The translations under genes and the position numbers were made by a program. The notes under the pieces are model-generated. The model was not told where the DNA came from. It made no database searches and saw nothing but the letters and a program-made list of their open reading frames with translations. A stretch of 64,000 nt of DNA from a virus: the IMG/VR virus record IMGVR_UViG_3300003430_000799, one strand, 5' to 3'. Shown piece by piece: positions 31,058-40,340 of this stretch (position 1 is the stretch's first letter; each line of letters starts with the position of its first letter).

Positions 31058-31570
31058 TTACCAAGCATCATCATCGTCAAAAAATCTAATTGATTTATCA
31101 ATATCACGAATGGGTCTATTTTCAAATTCTTCTTTATATCTTGTATTCAAATAATTAATTAATGTTTTTTCATATTCTTCATTAGTTAATGATAAAAAAT
31201 TCTTTGCTAAGGATTTAATTGGTTTGATGAGACTAAATTCTCTAATAAAAAACCTACCCCAATGATTCTTCTCAAATGCTTTGTTTCCATTTTTATCTAA
31301 CCACTGATATGCGATAAGTTGTGGTTCATCTGGGTAAAGTCTTTCAATTGTTAGGTTATTGAATATGTCATCTAATAATTGGTAGTATAAATCGTTTGGT
31401 TCTAATTGCAATATTTCTAATACTTTATCAACACCAACCATTTTAACAACTTCTAATAAACCTTGTCGTTCAATTAGTCTTTCTAATTTTTCTTTGACTG
31501 TGTTATTTGATTCCTCATTAATAACCCCCATCATTTCTTGAATTCTATTTATTTGTTCTTGTAGATTCAT
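31058..31570 (-). CDS. MNLQEQ-leader array gene
   Basis: MNLQEQINRIQEMMGVINE; KLERLIERQGL module shared with 33121. Confidence 0.85.
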   Translation of the reverse strand: MNLQEQINRIQEMMGVINEESNNTVKEKLERLIERQGLLEVVKMVGVDKVLEILQLEPNDLYYQLLDDIFNNLTIERLYPDEPQLIAYQWLDKNGNKAFEKNHWGRFFIREFSLIKPIKSLAKNFLSLTNEEYEKTLINYLNTRYKEEFENRPIRDIDKSIRFFDDDDAW

Positions 31571-31571
31571 A

Positions 31572-31964
31572 TTACCATTGTCTATCTTTATTAGTGTTTA
31601 TTGAATCTTCTACTTGTAATTTAATATTGGGTATATATTTTTTAAGCTGCCATTGTAGTTCATAGATGAAGGCTTCTTCATCCATGGCCGCAAATATTGA
31701 TTCATATTTGATTATTATTTGAACTATGAATGTTTTGTCTGTTGGATTGATATTGGTTACTTGAACACTATTTAAGGATTCAAGGAAGTCACAAGCGTCA
31801 AATGAAATAATTTCTTCACTATCAGCATTCATTTCTTTACATATTTGTTTAACATAATCAATTTCTCTATTGATGAGGTTTTGGATTGCTGATAATTTTT
31901 TGTTATCTTCATTGATTGTCCCCATCATTTCTTGGATTCTATTTAATTGTTCTTGTAGATTCAT
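31572..31964 (-). CDS. MNLQEQ-leader array gene
   Basis: MNLQEQLNRIQEMMGTINE. Confidence 0.85.
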   Translation of the reverse strand: MNLQEQLNRIQEMMGTINEDNKKLSAIQNLINREIDYVKQICKEMNADSEEIISFDACDFLESLNSVQVTNINPTDKTFIVQIIIKYESIFAAMDEEAFIYELQWQLKKYIPNIKLQVEDSINTNKDRQW

Positions 31965-32209
31965 TTTTTTGTCTTTTTTACACAGTTAGGATATCTTTTA
32001 CCAAACATTGTTTTCATTCCTTTTTGAGTATAACCAGGCCAACATTTTTCGGTTAATTCTTTTTTTGAATTATCAATTCCACATTGATGACATAGATATG
32101 GTTCATCACCACCTTCAGAGAATTTCCAAGACCAACCACATTCTTTACAAGTTATAGTTTTATCAAATTCTTCTCTTAATATTCTTCTTATTGTTTGTTG
32201 TAAATTCAT
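31961..32209 (-). CDS. MNLQ-leader gene with Zn ribbon and CWxGY...PNCV module
   Basis: CKECG..CHQCG; EKCWPGYTQKGMKTMFGKRYPNCVK. Confidence 0.8.
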   Translation of the reverse strand: MNLQQTIRRILREEFDKTITCKECGWSWKFSEGGDEPYLCHQCGIDNSKKELTEKCWPGYTQKGMKTMFGKRYPNCVKKTKK

Positions 32210-32847
32210 ATTATTTCATTCTTAACTTTATCCCATAAACCTTTATTAACAATATAATTTGCAACATCATTAATTGATTTTTTAAAATCCCAATATCTTT
32301 CATCAGATATCCATTTTTTTATTATATCTCCGACTTGTTTATTTGATTTTGAAGCAAGATATGATGAAATTTTTTTAATTCTCCATTCATCAATATCATC
32401 GTTATCATAATTTTCTTCTACATATGGTCTACCAGTATCATTTAATTGATTAATAACTTCTTTTTTTAATTCATTGAAATCGTCAACCATTTTGGGACCA
32501 TATTTAATATTACCATCTTCGTTAGTCCATAATCTATATTCAATATTTTTACCAACTCTTTTATATGCACCACCTTCAATCTTATCTCCATCAACATAAT
32601 ATGGTATTAAAATAAAATCATCGTTTTTAAACAATATAATATCAGGTAAATCATTTACTAGTTTTTCTTGTAATTTATCTAAATTTCTAACTCTTGAGAG
32701 TCCTGAGTTTTTACCTATAAAAAGTTTTTCTTTCTCATCCCAATATAGATGTCCTTTACTATTAATCGCATCCAAATAGTCATCAATGTTTTCATTAATA
32801 ACCCCCATCATTGATTGTATTCTATTTAATTGTTCTTGTAGGTTCAT
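32206..32847 (-). CDS. MNLQEQ-leader array gene
   Basis: MNLQEQLNRIQSMMGVINE. Confidence 0.85.
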   Translation of the reverse strand: MNLQEQLNRIQSMMGVINENIDDYLDAINSKGHLYWDEKEKLFIGKNSGLSRVRNLDKLQEKLVNDLPDIILFKNDDFILIPYYVDGDKIEGGAYKRVGKNIEYRLWTNEDGNIKYGPKMVDDFNELKKEVINQLNDTGRPYVEENYDNDDIDEWRIKKISSYLASKSNKQVGDIIKKWISDERYWDFKKSINDVANYIVNKGLWDKVKNEII

Positions 32848-33119
32848 AATCTTCTGTATATTGATGAATCAACATAATAGGTTACACTTGACTTCTTTTC
32901 ATCAGATGTTCCCTTTTCCATTAATCCTTTTTTAACCAGTTTATTTGCCATCTTTATTTCTTCAGATGTCATAAATTTTCTCAATCTAACTTCGTCTCCA
33001 AAATCTTCAAGGAATTTTCTTTCATCATCAGATAAATCTTTAATCATATCATCTAATGAACTTTCATTGATAATTCCCATCATTTCTTGTATTCTATTTA
33101 TTTGTTCTTGTAGGTTCAT
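32844..33119 (-). CDS. MNLQEQ-leader gene, possible winged-helix
   Basis: ANKLVKKGLMEK...VTYYV. Confidence 0.75.
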   Translation of the reverse strand: MNLQEQINRIQEMMGIINESSLDDMIKDLSDDERKFLEDFGDEVRLRKFMTSEEIKMANKLVKKGLMEKGTSDEKKSSVTYYVDSSIYRRL

Positions 33120-33120
33120 A

Positions 33121-33624
33121 TTACATTAAGTTGTGTTCTACTTTTATGTCTATATTTTTTGGTATAAATGGTAAAAGAATGACATAAATAATTTCCATAA
33201 TTTCACCTTGGATTTCCCACCAATAATCTTCTTGCCATAAATCTGAGTCCCATAAATCTTTTGGTTCGTAATTATCATCAGTTAACAACATTACAGTTCC
33301 ATCACCTATTTTGGCATATACATACCATACATCATCACCTTCTTCATCAATATCGGTAATCTCGAAAGTAAAATCATATCCACCAGTATTGACATCGAAA
33401 TCATCTATTGAAAATGTTTTATCAAGAAAGAAATCTTGTGTTAATTGAAATGGTGTGGTTTCTAATATTTTTGATACTTTGTCAACACCAATCATTTTAA
33501 CAATTTCTACTAAACCTTGACGTTCAATTAATCTTTCCAATTTTTGTCTTGGTGAATTGATTGAGTCTTCATTAAGAGTACCCATCATTGATTGTATTCT
33601 ATTTATTTGTTCTAATAAATTCAT
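33121..33624 (-). CDS. MNLLEQ-leader acidic gene
   Basis: Leader plus shared second module. Confidence 0.85.
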   Translation of the reverse strand: MNLLEQINRIQSMMGTLNEDSINSPRQKLERLIERQGLVEIVKMIGVDKVSKILETTPFQLTQDFFLDKTFSIDDFDVNTGGYDFTFEITDIDEEGDDVWYVYAKIGDGTVMLLTDDNYEPKDLWDSDLWQEDYWWEIQGEIMEIIYVILLPFIPKNIDIKVEHNLM

Positions 33625-34256
33625 GACATCTTGTTATACAAATTTTTTATTTTGTCATCAAACATTTCTGAAACATCTTTAACAAATTTAATTTCTTCTT
33701 GTTCAGGTAATTCATCATACCCCATTTCATAATCTTCCCATATAATATATTCAACACATTTTAAAACCAATTCATATTTAAATTGTTCATAACTTTCTGT
33801 TTCATAATACACTTGTTGTGCAAACAATTTAAATAATTTTTGCAGTCTATTAAATTCTATTCTTCTACGAAAGAATGTTGATTCAGTCATAATACCCTTC
33901 ATTGATTGATTTTCAACAATGATTTTATTAAGTGTTAATGAATCTGAAGTTAGATTATTAAACACATTTTTTAGAACATTAGTTCTAAATTCATCACCTA
34001 ATGATTCAGGTATAAATGTATCCAAATAGTTTTTAACTCTACCTTTAAGAACTTTTAATGTTTTCTTTGGTTTGCTATATTCAAATACTGGTTCGTTTAA
34101 TTGGTCAGATATAAACCAAAATATAATTTTGTTTCCTTTTTCTCTTGGATATATTGATGTTGTTAGAACATTAACAACTTTCTTAAATATTCTTTCTTTT
34201 CTATTTTCATCAATTTCTTCCCTTAATATTCTTCTTATTGTTTCTTGTAAGTTCAT
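33621..34256 (-). CDS. MNLQET-leader gene (first of the minus array)
   Basis: TATTTAT at 34274-34280. Confidence 0.85.
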   Translation of the reverse strand: MNLQETIRRILREEIDENRKERIFKKVVNVLTTSIYPREKGNKIIFWFISDQLNEPVFEYSKPKKTLKVLKGRVKNYLDTFIPESLGDEFRTNVLKNVFNNLTSDSLTLNKIIVENQSMKGIMTESTFFRRRIEFNRLQKLFKLFAQQVYYETESYEQFKYELVLKCVEYIIWEDYEMGYDELPEQEEIKFVKDVSEMFDDKIKNLYNKMS

Positions 34257-34348
34257 TTGTAGATATTATCAATATAAATATTAAAAGATGAATAAAAAAA
34301 GGTGATAAGATAACCTATCACCTTTTAATAAGAACTTTTTCTTGTTGA

Positions 34349-34636
34349 TTACATTGGTAATGTTGGGTCAACTGGAGTTTCTGTTTGTCCCTTGCTTCCT
34401 CTTTTGGAAACAATCCATTTGTCAACGGATGCAATACCGAATGACGCAATTGTTAAATACATAAATCCATCAAAGATGAATTGATTGATTAACAATTCTT
34501 TTCCTGTGACACCAGTAACGATGTCAACACCCATTGCAATTACCATCATCATAAATGAAATGAATCCAACTACTGATTTTTCGTTGATGTCATTTTCATC
34601 TTTAAACATTTCAATAAAAAAATACTTTTTCTTCAT
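34349..34636 (-). CDS. Two-TM membrane protein, holin-like
   Basis: Two hydrophobic helices, charged C-terminal tail; holin role is inferred. Confidence 0.6.
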   Translation of the reverse strand: MKKKYFFIEMFKDENDINEKSVVGFISFMMMVIAMGVDIVTGVTGKELLINQFIFDGFMYLTIASFGIASVDKWIVSKRGSKGQTETPVDPTLPM

Positions 34637-34746
34637 AGGTTTGGTTTTTAATAATAAATATCTTAAACCATCACCTTTTACTATTTACTTTTTTGATTAT
34701 ATGTATTTACTCGTGCTCTATTGAGCCAGAAGTCCGTTTTTAATTT

Positions 34747-35130
34747 TTATATGTTTTTGGATATAATCTTATTATATTCTTCATCACATAGAGTTCTATA
34801 CCATCCAATATCAGTTCTGAGTTTACCAGGTTTTCCTGTTACTTCACAAATGTTCATACTTTCAATTTCAGCTTGAGATATTCTTTTATGGACTTCACTT
34901 GTTGCCGCATTGATGTAGAATCTCAATCCTCCGAACTTTTCTTTAACTTGACATACTTCTTTATTCCAACCAAGTTCAATAAGGTCGGTGATAAGGTCTT
35001 TGATAAGAGGAAACCAACCTAACCCAACTTCAAAGAAATCTGAGTCTGTGATTGGATTTGATTCCAAATTAAAACCATTTTTAAAGCCCCCAATTGATTG
35101 GAGGAATTCATCCATTTGTTCTTTGTTCAT
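34747..35130 (-). CDS. Conserved phage hypothetical protein
   Basis: QVKEKFGGLRFY...ICEVTGKPG...RTLC motif. Confidence 0.8.
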   Translation of the reverse strand: MNKEQMDEFLQSIGGFKNGFNLESNPITDSDFFEVGLGWFPLIKDLITDLIELGWNKEVCQVKEKFGGLRFYINAATSEVHKRISQAEIESMNICEVTGKPGKLRTDIGWYRTLCDEEYNKIISKNI

Positions 35131-35356
35131 AATCAATTATATTTTTTATAAGGTTTAACATTGTTTCATTTTCCATATAACCATCAAATTGTTCTCCGTG
35201 ATTATCTATGGATAGAATATTATCGCCATTAACTGCGTCAAATACTTCGGTTGTTGGTTCTTTACTAACATAGACATTGAAATTACCCCATCTATATCTG
35301 TAACCGTTATACACAATACTACATTCGTATTTCAAATTAAGTTTATTTTTTTGCAT
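35108..35356 (-). CDS. Hypothetical protein
   Basis: Overlapping operon ORF. Confidence 0.65.
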   Translation of the reverse strand: MQKNKLNLKYECSIVYNGYRYRWGNFNVYVSKEPTTEVFDAVNGDNILSIDNHGEQFDGYMENETMLNLIKNIIDYEQRTNG

Positions 35357-35738
35357 ATAACTTCACAACATTTTCTGCTTTAGTATTGATATTATAAATA
35401 AACCAAGGTATATTCCAAGAAGAATAGTCATCTAAGATAGTTTGAATTATTTTTATTGTATTAGGGTGTTGTGGTACTAACTTACTTTTTCGACAAGCGA
35501 TTTTAATTATATTATAATACCATTTATTAACTTTATCATTCATTTTAGTCTTATTTAATTTACTTGCTTCAGCAAGCATTCTCCTAAATTTAATATTTGA
35601 ACGAATTTCTTCCTCACTTAATGAATTTTCCGACATAAGTTTTCTCAGTAATTTAGATTCAATCTTATTTGGGATATGCTTATTTGGATTATTTCGTATT
35701 ATTTTAGCTTTTTTTGTTTCTATTAAATCGTATATCAT
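35343..35738 (-). CDS. Basic hypothetical protein
   Basis: 131-aa ORF. Confidence 0.7.
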   Translation of the reverse strand: MIYDLIETKKAKIIRNNPNKHIPNKIESKLLRKLMSENSLSEEEIRSNIKFRRMLAEASKLNKTKMNDKVNKWYYNIIKIACRKSKLVPQHPNTIKIIQTILDDYSSWNIPWFIYNINTKAENVVKLYAKK

Positions 35739-35772
35739 ATTATTAAAATTTTAATTAAACAAACCATACTAT

Positions 35773-35865
35773 GTATAACAAGGTATATAAATATAACCTA
35801 TTATAGTTCAGTGTATAATATTAATGTATTACTTAGGTTACATTTCATATACCAAATCGTTATAA
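35773..35865. repeat. Long imperfect intergenic palindrome with attC-like layout
   Basis: TATAAC..GGTATAT..TAACCTA / TAGGTTA..ATATACC..GTTATA. Confidence 0.55.
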
Positions 35866-35910
35866 ACAATTTAAAGATTCATCATTTTTATAATTCCCTT
35901 TAGTATCATA

Positions 35911-36276
35911 TCAGAACCATCCTAATTTATTTAATTCGTTAAGAAATGACCTAAAGTGTTTAATGCCATTTTCATTCATTTCTTCTAATAACTCATTGAT
36001 TACATTTGGGTCATTTTCATAAACACTTTGAAACCATGTCGGATTATCCCAATATTCTTCTTTCCAAGGTTTGATATTTTTATCAGTAAACTTTATATCA
36101 AAACCTTGATAGAAAGTTTCATTATCATCTTTGTATGTTCTTATGGCTTCCCAACTATAATCTTCATTTTCATAATGAGCACTTAATGATGTATGTATTT
36201 TTACATCAAGGAATTCAGGTTGTGGTTCAGTTTCTCTAACATACCAAACACCATCAATTTGTATTCTGTCTTTCAT
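35911..36276 (-). CDS. Hypothetical protein
   Basis: MKDRIQIDGVWYVRE. Confidence 0.75.
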   Translation of the reverse strand: MKDRIQIDGVWYVRETEPQPEFLDVKIHTSLSAHYENEDYSWEAIRTYKDDNETFYQGFDIKFTDKNIKPWKEEYWDNPTWFQSVYENDPNVINELLEEMNENGIKHFRSFLNELNKLGWF

Positions 36277-36631
36277 CTTCTTCTGTTTTTTCTAATAATT
36301 CTAATCCTTTTTTAATATCGTCATTGTAATCCAAATAGTCAAGTTCAGGATTACAAGCATTTTCAACTAAAACTTCATATCCCATTAATATTCTTCCATA
36401 TATGTGGGAGATATTGGATTGGAAAAAATCAAAATAAAATTCGTACTTGAATCCTTCTCTACTTTCACAATCTTTAATTATTTCTGTATAATCTTCATCG
36501 TCTTCCCAATCTTCTTTAAGTTTTTCCCATTCTCTACTATTGGTTGGGTCAATCTTACATAATTCTTCTGTGAATTGTAAGAAGTTTCTCAATTTATCAA
36601 TGTGTTTCTGTGGGGCTTTGGCCATTCTCAT
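36254..36631 (-). CDS. Hypothetical protein
   Basis: Start likely MRMAKAP at 36631, which avoids the overlap. Confidence 0.7.
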   Translation of the reverse strand: MRMAKAPQKHIDKLRNFLQFTEELCKIDPTNSREWEKLKEDWEDDEDYTEIIKDCESREGFKYEFYFDFFQSNISHIYGRILMGYEVLVENACNPELDYLDYNDDIKKGLELLEKTEEDERQNTN

Positions 36632-36632
36632 A

Positions 36633-37019
36633 TTATCCAATTTTTTTCCAATCTTTTGTAAATTCATTTTCAAGGTGGTATAATCCTGGTTCAAACTTTT
36701 GAGTAACCAAGACTATTTGGAGAGCTGTTTCAAGTTCTCTGTATATTCTTTCTGCTGATTTTGTTAAAGGTTCTTCGCAACTTAATATGTCTGCAATATC
36801 ATTTTCAACGTGAAGTCCATATTCACCTCTTATCCATACAACATTAAGATTACTTAATAGTTTTAGGTGACCTTCAGTCATTTGAAATGTTTTACCTTTA
36901 AGGTCATTCATTTGTTTTGCTTGTTCAAATAGTTCATCTAATGTTTTCCAATCAACTTCACATTGGTCAGGACTACCATAAGTTTCCAATTGTGTTTTAA
37001 GCCATTTTAGTTGTATCAT
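36633..37019 (-). CDS. Hypothetical protein
   Basis: Operon ORF. Confidence 0.75.
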   Translation of the reverse strand: MIQLKWLKTQLETYGSPDQCEVDWKTLDELFEQAKQMNDLKGKTFQMTEGHLKLLSNLNVVWIRGEYGLHVENDIADILSCEEPLTKSAERIYRELETALQIVLVTQKFEPGLYHLENEFTKDWKKIG

Positions 37020-37270
37020 ATCCCTTTTCTTTTTAATTCAGTAATTTCTTTATTTAAGTTTTCAATTAGTGGGATTAGTGCATTTAATCCACGTTCATAT
37101 GCTTCAGATATTTTATGTTCACTTTGTTCTGCTTGCCATTTAGCACCTTCTATAAAAGAATCATAATCTCTTACATTACCATTAAAATACCTTTCTTCAG
37201 TATCTATTACTCTATTTACAGGAATATTACTATATTTTTTTGCGGCTTCTTCAAGTTTTTCGTTTTTCAT
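37016..37270 (-). CDS. Hypothetical protein (LEEAA...FIEGAKWQ module)
   Basis: Module typical of Bacteroidota phage early genes. Confidence 0.75.
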   Translation of the reverse strand: MKNEKLEEAAKKYSNIPVNRVIDTEERYFNGNVRDYDSFIEGAKWQAEQSEHKISEAYERGLNALIPLIENLNKEITELKRKGI

Positions 37271-38025
37271 AATGGAAATTTATAATTAATTAAATACTCT
37301 AAAATTTCTTCTTTTGAATTATTTTTAAAAAAGTGTATCCATTCTTCTCTATCGATGTTTTCTTCAACTTTTTTCAATGTTTCTTGTTTAGGTTCATTTG
37401 GCATTGCGTGGTAAGGTAAAACTTCAGTACTTGAAAATAAATGTCCTCCTCCTTTTTCTTCTTCTCTAACTATGTGGGTCTGTTTGGCTACATCATACCC
37501 AATATAAGTTCCTTTTGACCAATTTGAAAATACTTTAATCCAAACTTCTTCACCTTGTGTTGGATTCCATTCTTGTTTAGGTTCTTCTTGTGGAAAAACA
37601 ATTTCATATCTTAAAACATTATCATAACCTCTACATCTAAAATTATTACAATCTTCTACACCACAATTTTCGCATATCCGTTGTTTTTCAACTTCAACCT
37701 CCTCACAACTTGGATTCTTTACATACCACTCCAAGAATGTTTCATCAATAGCTTGTACACCATCTTTGATTAAGTCTTGGTCTGTTGTTAGGATGATTTT
37801 TTTAAATTCATCACCAACAATATTTTCAATACATTTATGTATTTTTCCTCGATATAGTGACCATTCCCCTGCTTTAGGATTCTCATCATTGGTGATGTAG
37901 ATGTTATAATCTATATGGTCAGAAATACCTCTATTATGGTCAGAAACTACATAATACTTAGTATTGGGTGATTTAGCTAAACTACCTGTTCCTTTGTCTG
38001 TTGGTAATACGTGTATGTTTTTCAT
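37267..38025 (-). CDS. Hypothetical protein (MKNIHVLPTDK...KIILTTDQDLIKDGVQAID)
   Basis: Start taken at ATG 38025. Confidence 0.75.
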   Translation of the reverse strand: MKNIHVLPTDKGTGSLAKSPNTKYYVVSDHNRGISDHIDYNIYITNDENPKAGEWSLYRGKIHKCIENIVGDEFKKIILTTDQDLIKDGVQAIDETFLEWYVKNPSCEEVEVEKQRICENCGVEDCNNFRCRGYDNVLRYEIVFPQEEPKQEWNPTQGEEVWIKVFSNWSKGTYIGYDVAKQTHIVREEEKGGGHLFSSTEVLPYHAMPNEPKQETLKKVEENIDREEWIHFFKNNSKEEILEYLINYKFPL

Positions 38026-38026
38026 A

Positions 38027-38422
38027 TTATTTGTTTTTAACTTTATCAATCAATATATTAATTAGAACATCCTCAGCCTCCTCATAAGTTCCATAATAAT
38101 CATCATAAATTTTATCTTTAAATCCCTCCCATATACAATATGTGAATATGTTTGTCATATCAAAACCCCCTTCAATGAGTCCAATGATATTATATTTCTC
38201 TCTGAACCATTTGAAGACCTGTTGTTTGAGTGGTATTTCAACAAACCTATCATCAAACTTCTCTTTCATTATATCACCAATGTCAACACCTTCAACATCA
38301 AGAACATCCATAAACTTCCACAAAATATGTCCATTTGGATTACCAACTTTTAAACAAGGTTCATTAAATCCCAACTCTTTAAGTTGGAGTGCTTGTTCGT
38401 AAGATACAAATAAATCTTTCAT
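38027..38422 (-). CDS. YEQALQLKELGF paralog 3
   Basis: One of three tandem paralogs. Confidence 0.85.
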   Translation of the reverse strand: MKDLFVSYEQALQLKELGFNEPCLKVGNPNGHILWKFMDVLDVEGVDIGDIMKEKFDDRFVEIPLKQQVFKWFREKYNIIGLIEGGFDMTNIFTYCIWEGFKDKIYDDYYGTYEEAEDVLINILIDKVKNK

Positions 38423-38805
38423 TATGGTTTGTTTTTAACGATTTCAATTAATTTGTTGGTAAGGGAATTCTCGCATTCCTCATACGTATTGTATTTATGT
38501 CCCTCCCACCTATCATCTTCTGAGTTGATGTAGTATCTACACCAAGGATACATTCCTTCAATATACCCATGCAATTCACACTTCTCTCTGAACCATCGTA
38601 GAACTTGTTGTTTGAGTGGAGCTGTAACTTTATTAATTTTACTCGCATCACTATTTTTAGCTGAATTTATGTCATAAGATGATAATTGAGGTACTGTCAT
38701 CAATTTATTTTCATCATCTTGGTTATAACCAAATAGACAAGGTTCATCAAATCCAAGTTCTTTTAACTGAATAGCTTGCTCATAAGATATAAATAAATCT
38801 TTCAT
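38422..38805 (-). CDS. YEQALQLKELGF paralog 2
   Basis: One of three tandem paralogs. Confidence 0.85.
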   Translation of the reverse strand: MKDLFISYEQAIQLKELGFDEPCLFGYNQDDENKLMTVPQLSSYDINSAKNSDASKINKVTAPLKQQVLRWFREKCELHGYIEGMYPWCRYYINSEDDRWEGHKYNTYEECENSLTNKLIEIVKNKP

Positions 38806-38806
38806 A

Positions 38807-39211
38807 TTATTTTTGTTTAACTACTTCAATTAACTTGGATATACAAGCATCTTCAGCTTCTTCATAAGAATTATATCCTCTTTGTATAGGTTTATCAGCT
38901 CTTCCATCTTCAACAAAATAACTGATTAAAAAACCAAATGTCTTATTATCATCTACAAATATCTCACAATAATAATCATATTTCTCACGAAACCATTTTA
39001 AGACTTGTGATGATGTTGGTAATCCAATGTTCTCAACCTTAGAACCCCAAATTTGAGCACTCCATTCTTCGTGACTATTTGTAATTGGACTTCTTTGTTC
39101 TGAATAACAATATCTGACATCTTCATCAGGTATATTGTACCAAGCCCAACAAAGTTCATCGAATCCCAGTTGTTTCAGTTCTAAAGCTTGAGTGTGTGTG
39201 ATAAATTCCAT
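38807..39211 (-). CDS. YEQALQLKELGF paralog 1
   Basis: One of three tandem paralogs; promoter TTTG-N19-TATCTTTG at 39233-39263. Confidence 0.85.
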   Translation of the reverse strand: MEFITHTQALELKQLGFDELCWAWYNIPDEDVRYCYSEQRSPITNSHEEWSAQIWGSKVENIGLPTSSQVLKWFREKYDYYCEIFVDDNKTFGFLISYFVEDGRADKPIQRGYNSYEEAEDACISKLIEVVKQK

Positions 39212-39244
39212 TATTGTGTTTTTTTGTTAGGACAAAGATATGAT

Positions 39245-39496
39245 TTAATCCTCAATTTCCAAAATGTAATTTGAGTTTTTGGTTGAAAATATTAATTTAT
39301 TTCCATCTTTGGTGAATGAGGTAATTTCTGTGGTTAACCAAGTATAACTGAAATGATGGGGGTCAATCATAACTGACCTACCTTCAGCTGGTTCATCGTG
39401 TTTATTGGAAAATCTTCCATCTTCATCCCATTCAATGAATATCACTTGTTCACCTATTATGGTTTTATTGTCTCTTTCTCTGGTTAATCTGTACAT
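39245..39496 (-). CDS. Hypothetical protein
   Basis: WLTTEI...FSTKNSNY. Confidence 0.75.
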   Translation of the reverse strand: MYRLTRERDNKTIIGEQVIFIEWDEDGRFSNKHDEPAEGRSVMIDPHHFSYTWLTTEITSFTKDGNKLIFSTKNSNYILEIED

Positions 39497-39702
39497 ATAT
39501 TTGTGTTAGGTTCAATGATTATAATTTGTTTTGGTTTATCTAATTTATCCAATCGTTTTTTATAACGTTCTTCTTCAGCTTTCCAACTTTGATATTCTTT
39601 TCTGAAGTCATCAAATGTATAATTTTCTTTTTCAAGAAAAGATTTAAGTTCATTTACTGGGAGTTTACCAACTTTATTATAAAATTCTTCTTTGTAACTC
39701 AT
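39484..39702 (-). CDS. Hypothetical protein
   Basis: 72-aa ORF. Confidence 0.7.
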   Translation of the reverse strand: MSYKEEFYNKVGKLPVNELKSFLEKENYTFDDFRKEYQSWKAEEERYKKRLDKLDKPKQIIIIEPNTNICTD

Positions 39703-39716
39703 ATTTTTATTTTTTG

Positions 39717-39826
39717 TAGTTAGGACAGGATTCGAACCTGTATTCTCAGATAATCATTTGTTCTCAGATTTTACTCCTCCAAACGAACTCCTTTCCTCCG
39801 GCGGATTACCAACTTCCAACCTAACT
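39717..39826 (-). ncRNA. tRNA-like element 1 (acceptor AGTTAGG/CCTAACT, T-arm; no canonical anticodon arm)
   Basis: ACAGG-TTCGAAT-CCTGT T-arm; compensatory acceptor-stem changes relative to elements 2-4. Confidence 0.7.
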
Positions 39827-39831
39827 TTTTG

Positions 39832-39923
39832 TAGTCCTGACAGGATTCGAACCTGTAAATTGTGAAGGGGTTACGACCTTACCTATATTCTATTTTTGCG
39901 TCTACCAATTCCGCCACAGGACT
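39832..39923 (-). ncRNA. tRNA-like element 2
   Basis: AGTCCTG/CAGGACT acceptor, GGCGGAATTGGTAGACGC D-arm, T-arm; ~40-nt centre without a canonical anticodon stem. Confidence 0.75.
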
Positions 39924-39927
39924 ATTT

Positions 39928-40206
39928 TTAGTTCATAGGTCTTTTACTCAAGATTTCATCAATCTGTTTTAATATATCTCCAGATGAATCAGTAATAGTT
40001 AATAAAGAAATAATATCTAATCTTGTTTTCATTTCCTCTGTTAAACCCCATCCACTAGAACATCTTTCAGCTTGCTTACCAAACATTTCTATAAACTTAT
40101 CTTCAACTGCTCGTCTTAATGGCCAATCACCTCCAAATGGAACTTTATTTCTATCAATAGGACCTATTTTACAAAACCAATATTCTAATTTTTCTTTATT
40201 TTTCAT
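39928..40206 (-). CDS. Hypothetical protein between tRNA-like elements
   Basis: 92-aa ORF. Confidence 0.75.
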   Translation of the reverse strand: MKNKEKLEYWFCKIGPIDRNKVPFGGDWPLRRAVEDKFIEMFGKQAERCSSGWGLTEEMKTRLDIISLLTITDSSGDILKQIDEILSKRPMN

Positions 40207-40221
40207 ATCATTTTATTTTTG

Positions 40222-40298
40222 TAGTCCTGACAGGATTCGAACCTGTAAACTTCCCCTTCACTTAAGGAGGGGTCACGTGTGCCTTCCGCCACAGGACT
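40222..40298 (-). ncRNA. tRNA-like element 3 (near tRNA size; atypical anticodon arm, possibly Leu-UAA-like)
   Basis: Same acceptor and T-arm; CCCCT/AGGGG stem around CCTTAAGTGA. Confidence 0.65.
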
Positions 40299-40307
40299 AT
40301 TGTGTCA

Positions 40308-40338
40308 CAAAATTACAATTTGATTTTCTTATTTCAAA
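40308..40338 (-). promoter_or_regulatory. Bacteroidota-type promoter directly upstream of tRNA-like element 3
   Basis: TTTG-N19-TAATTTTG. Confidence 0.7.
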
Positions 40339-40340
40339 AT

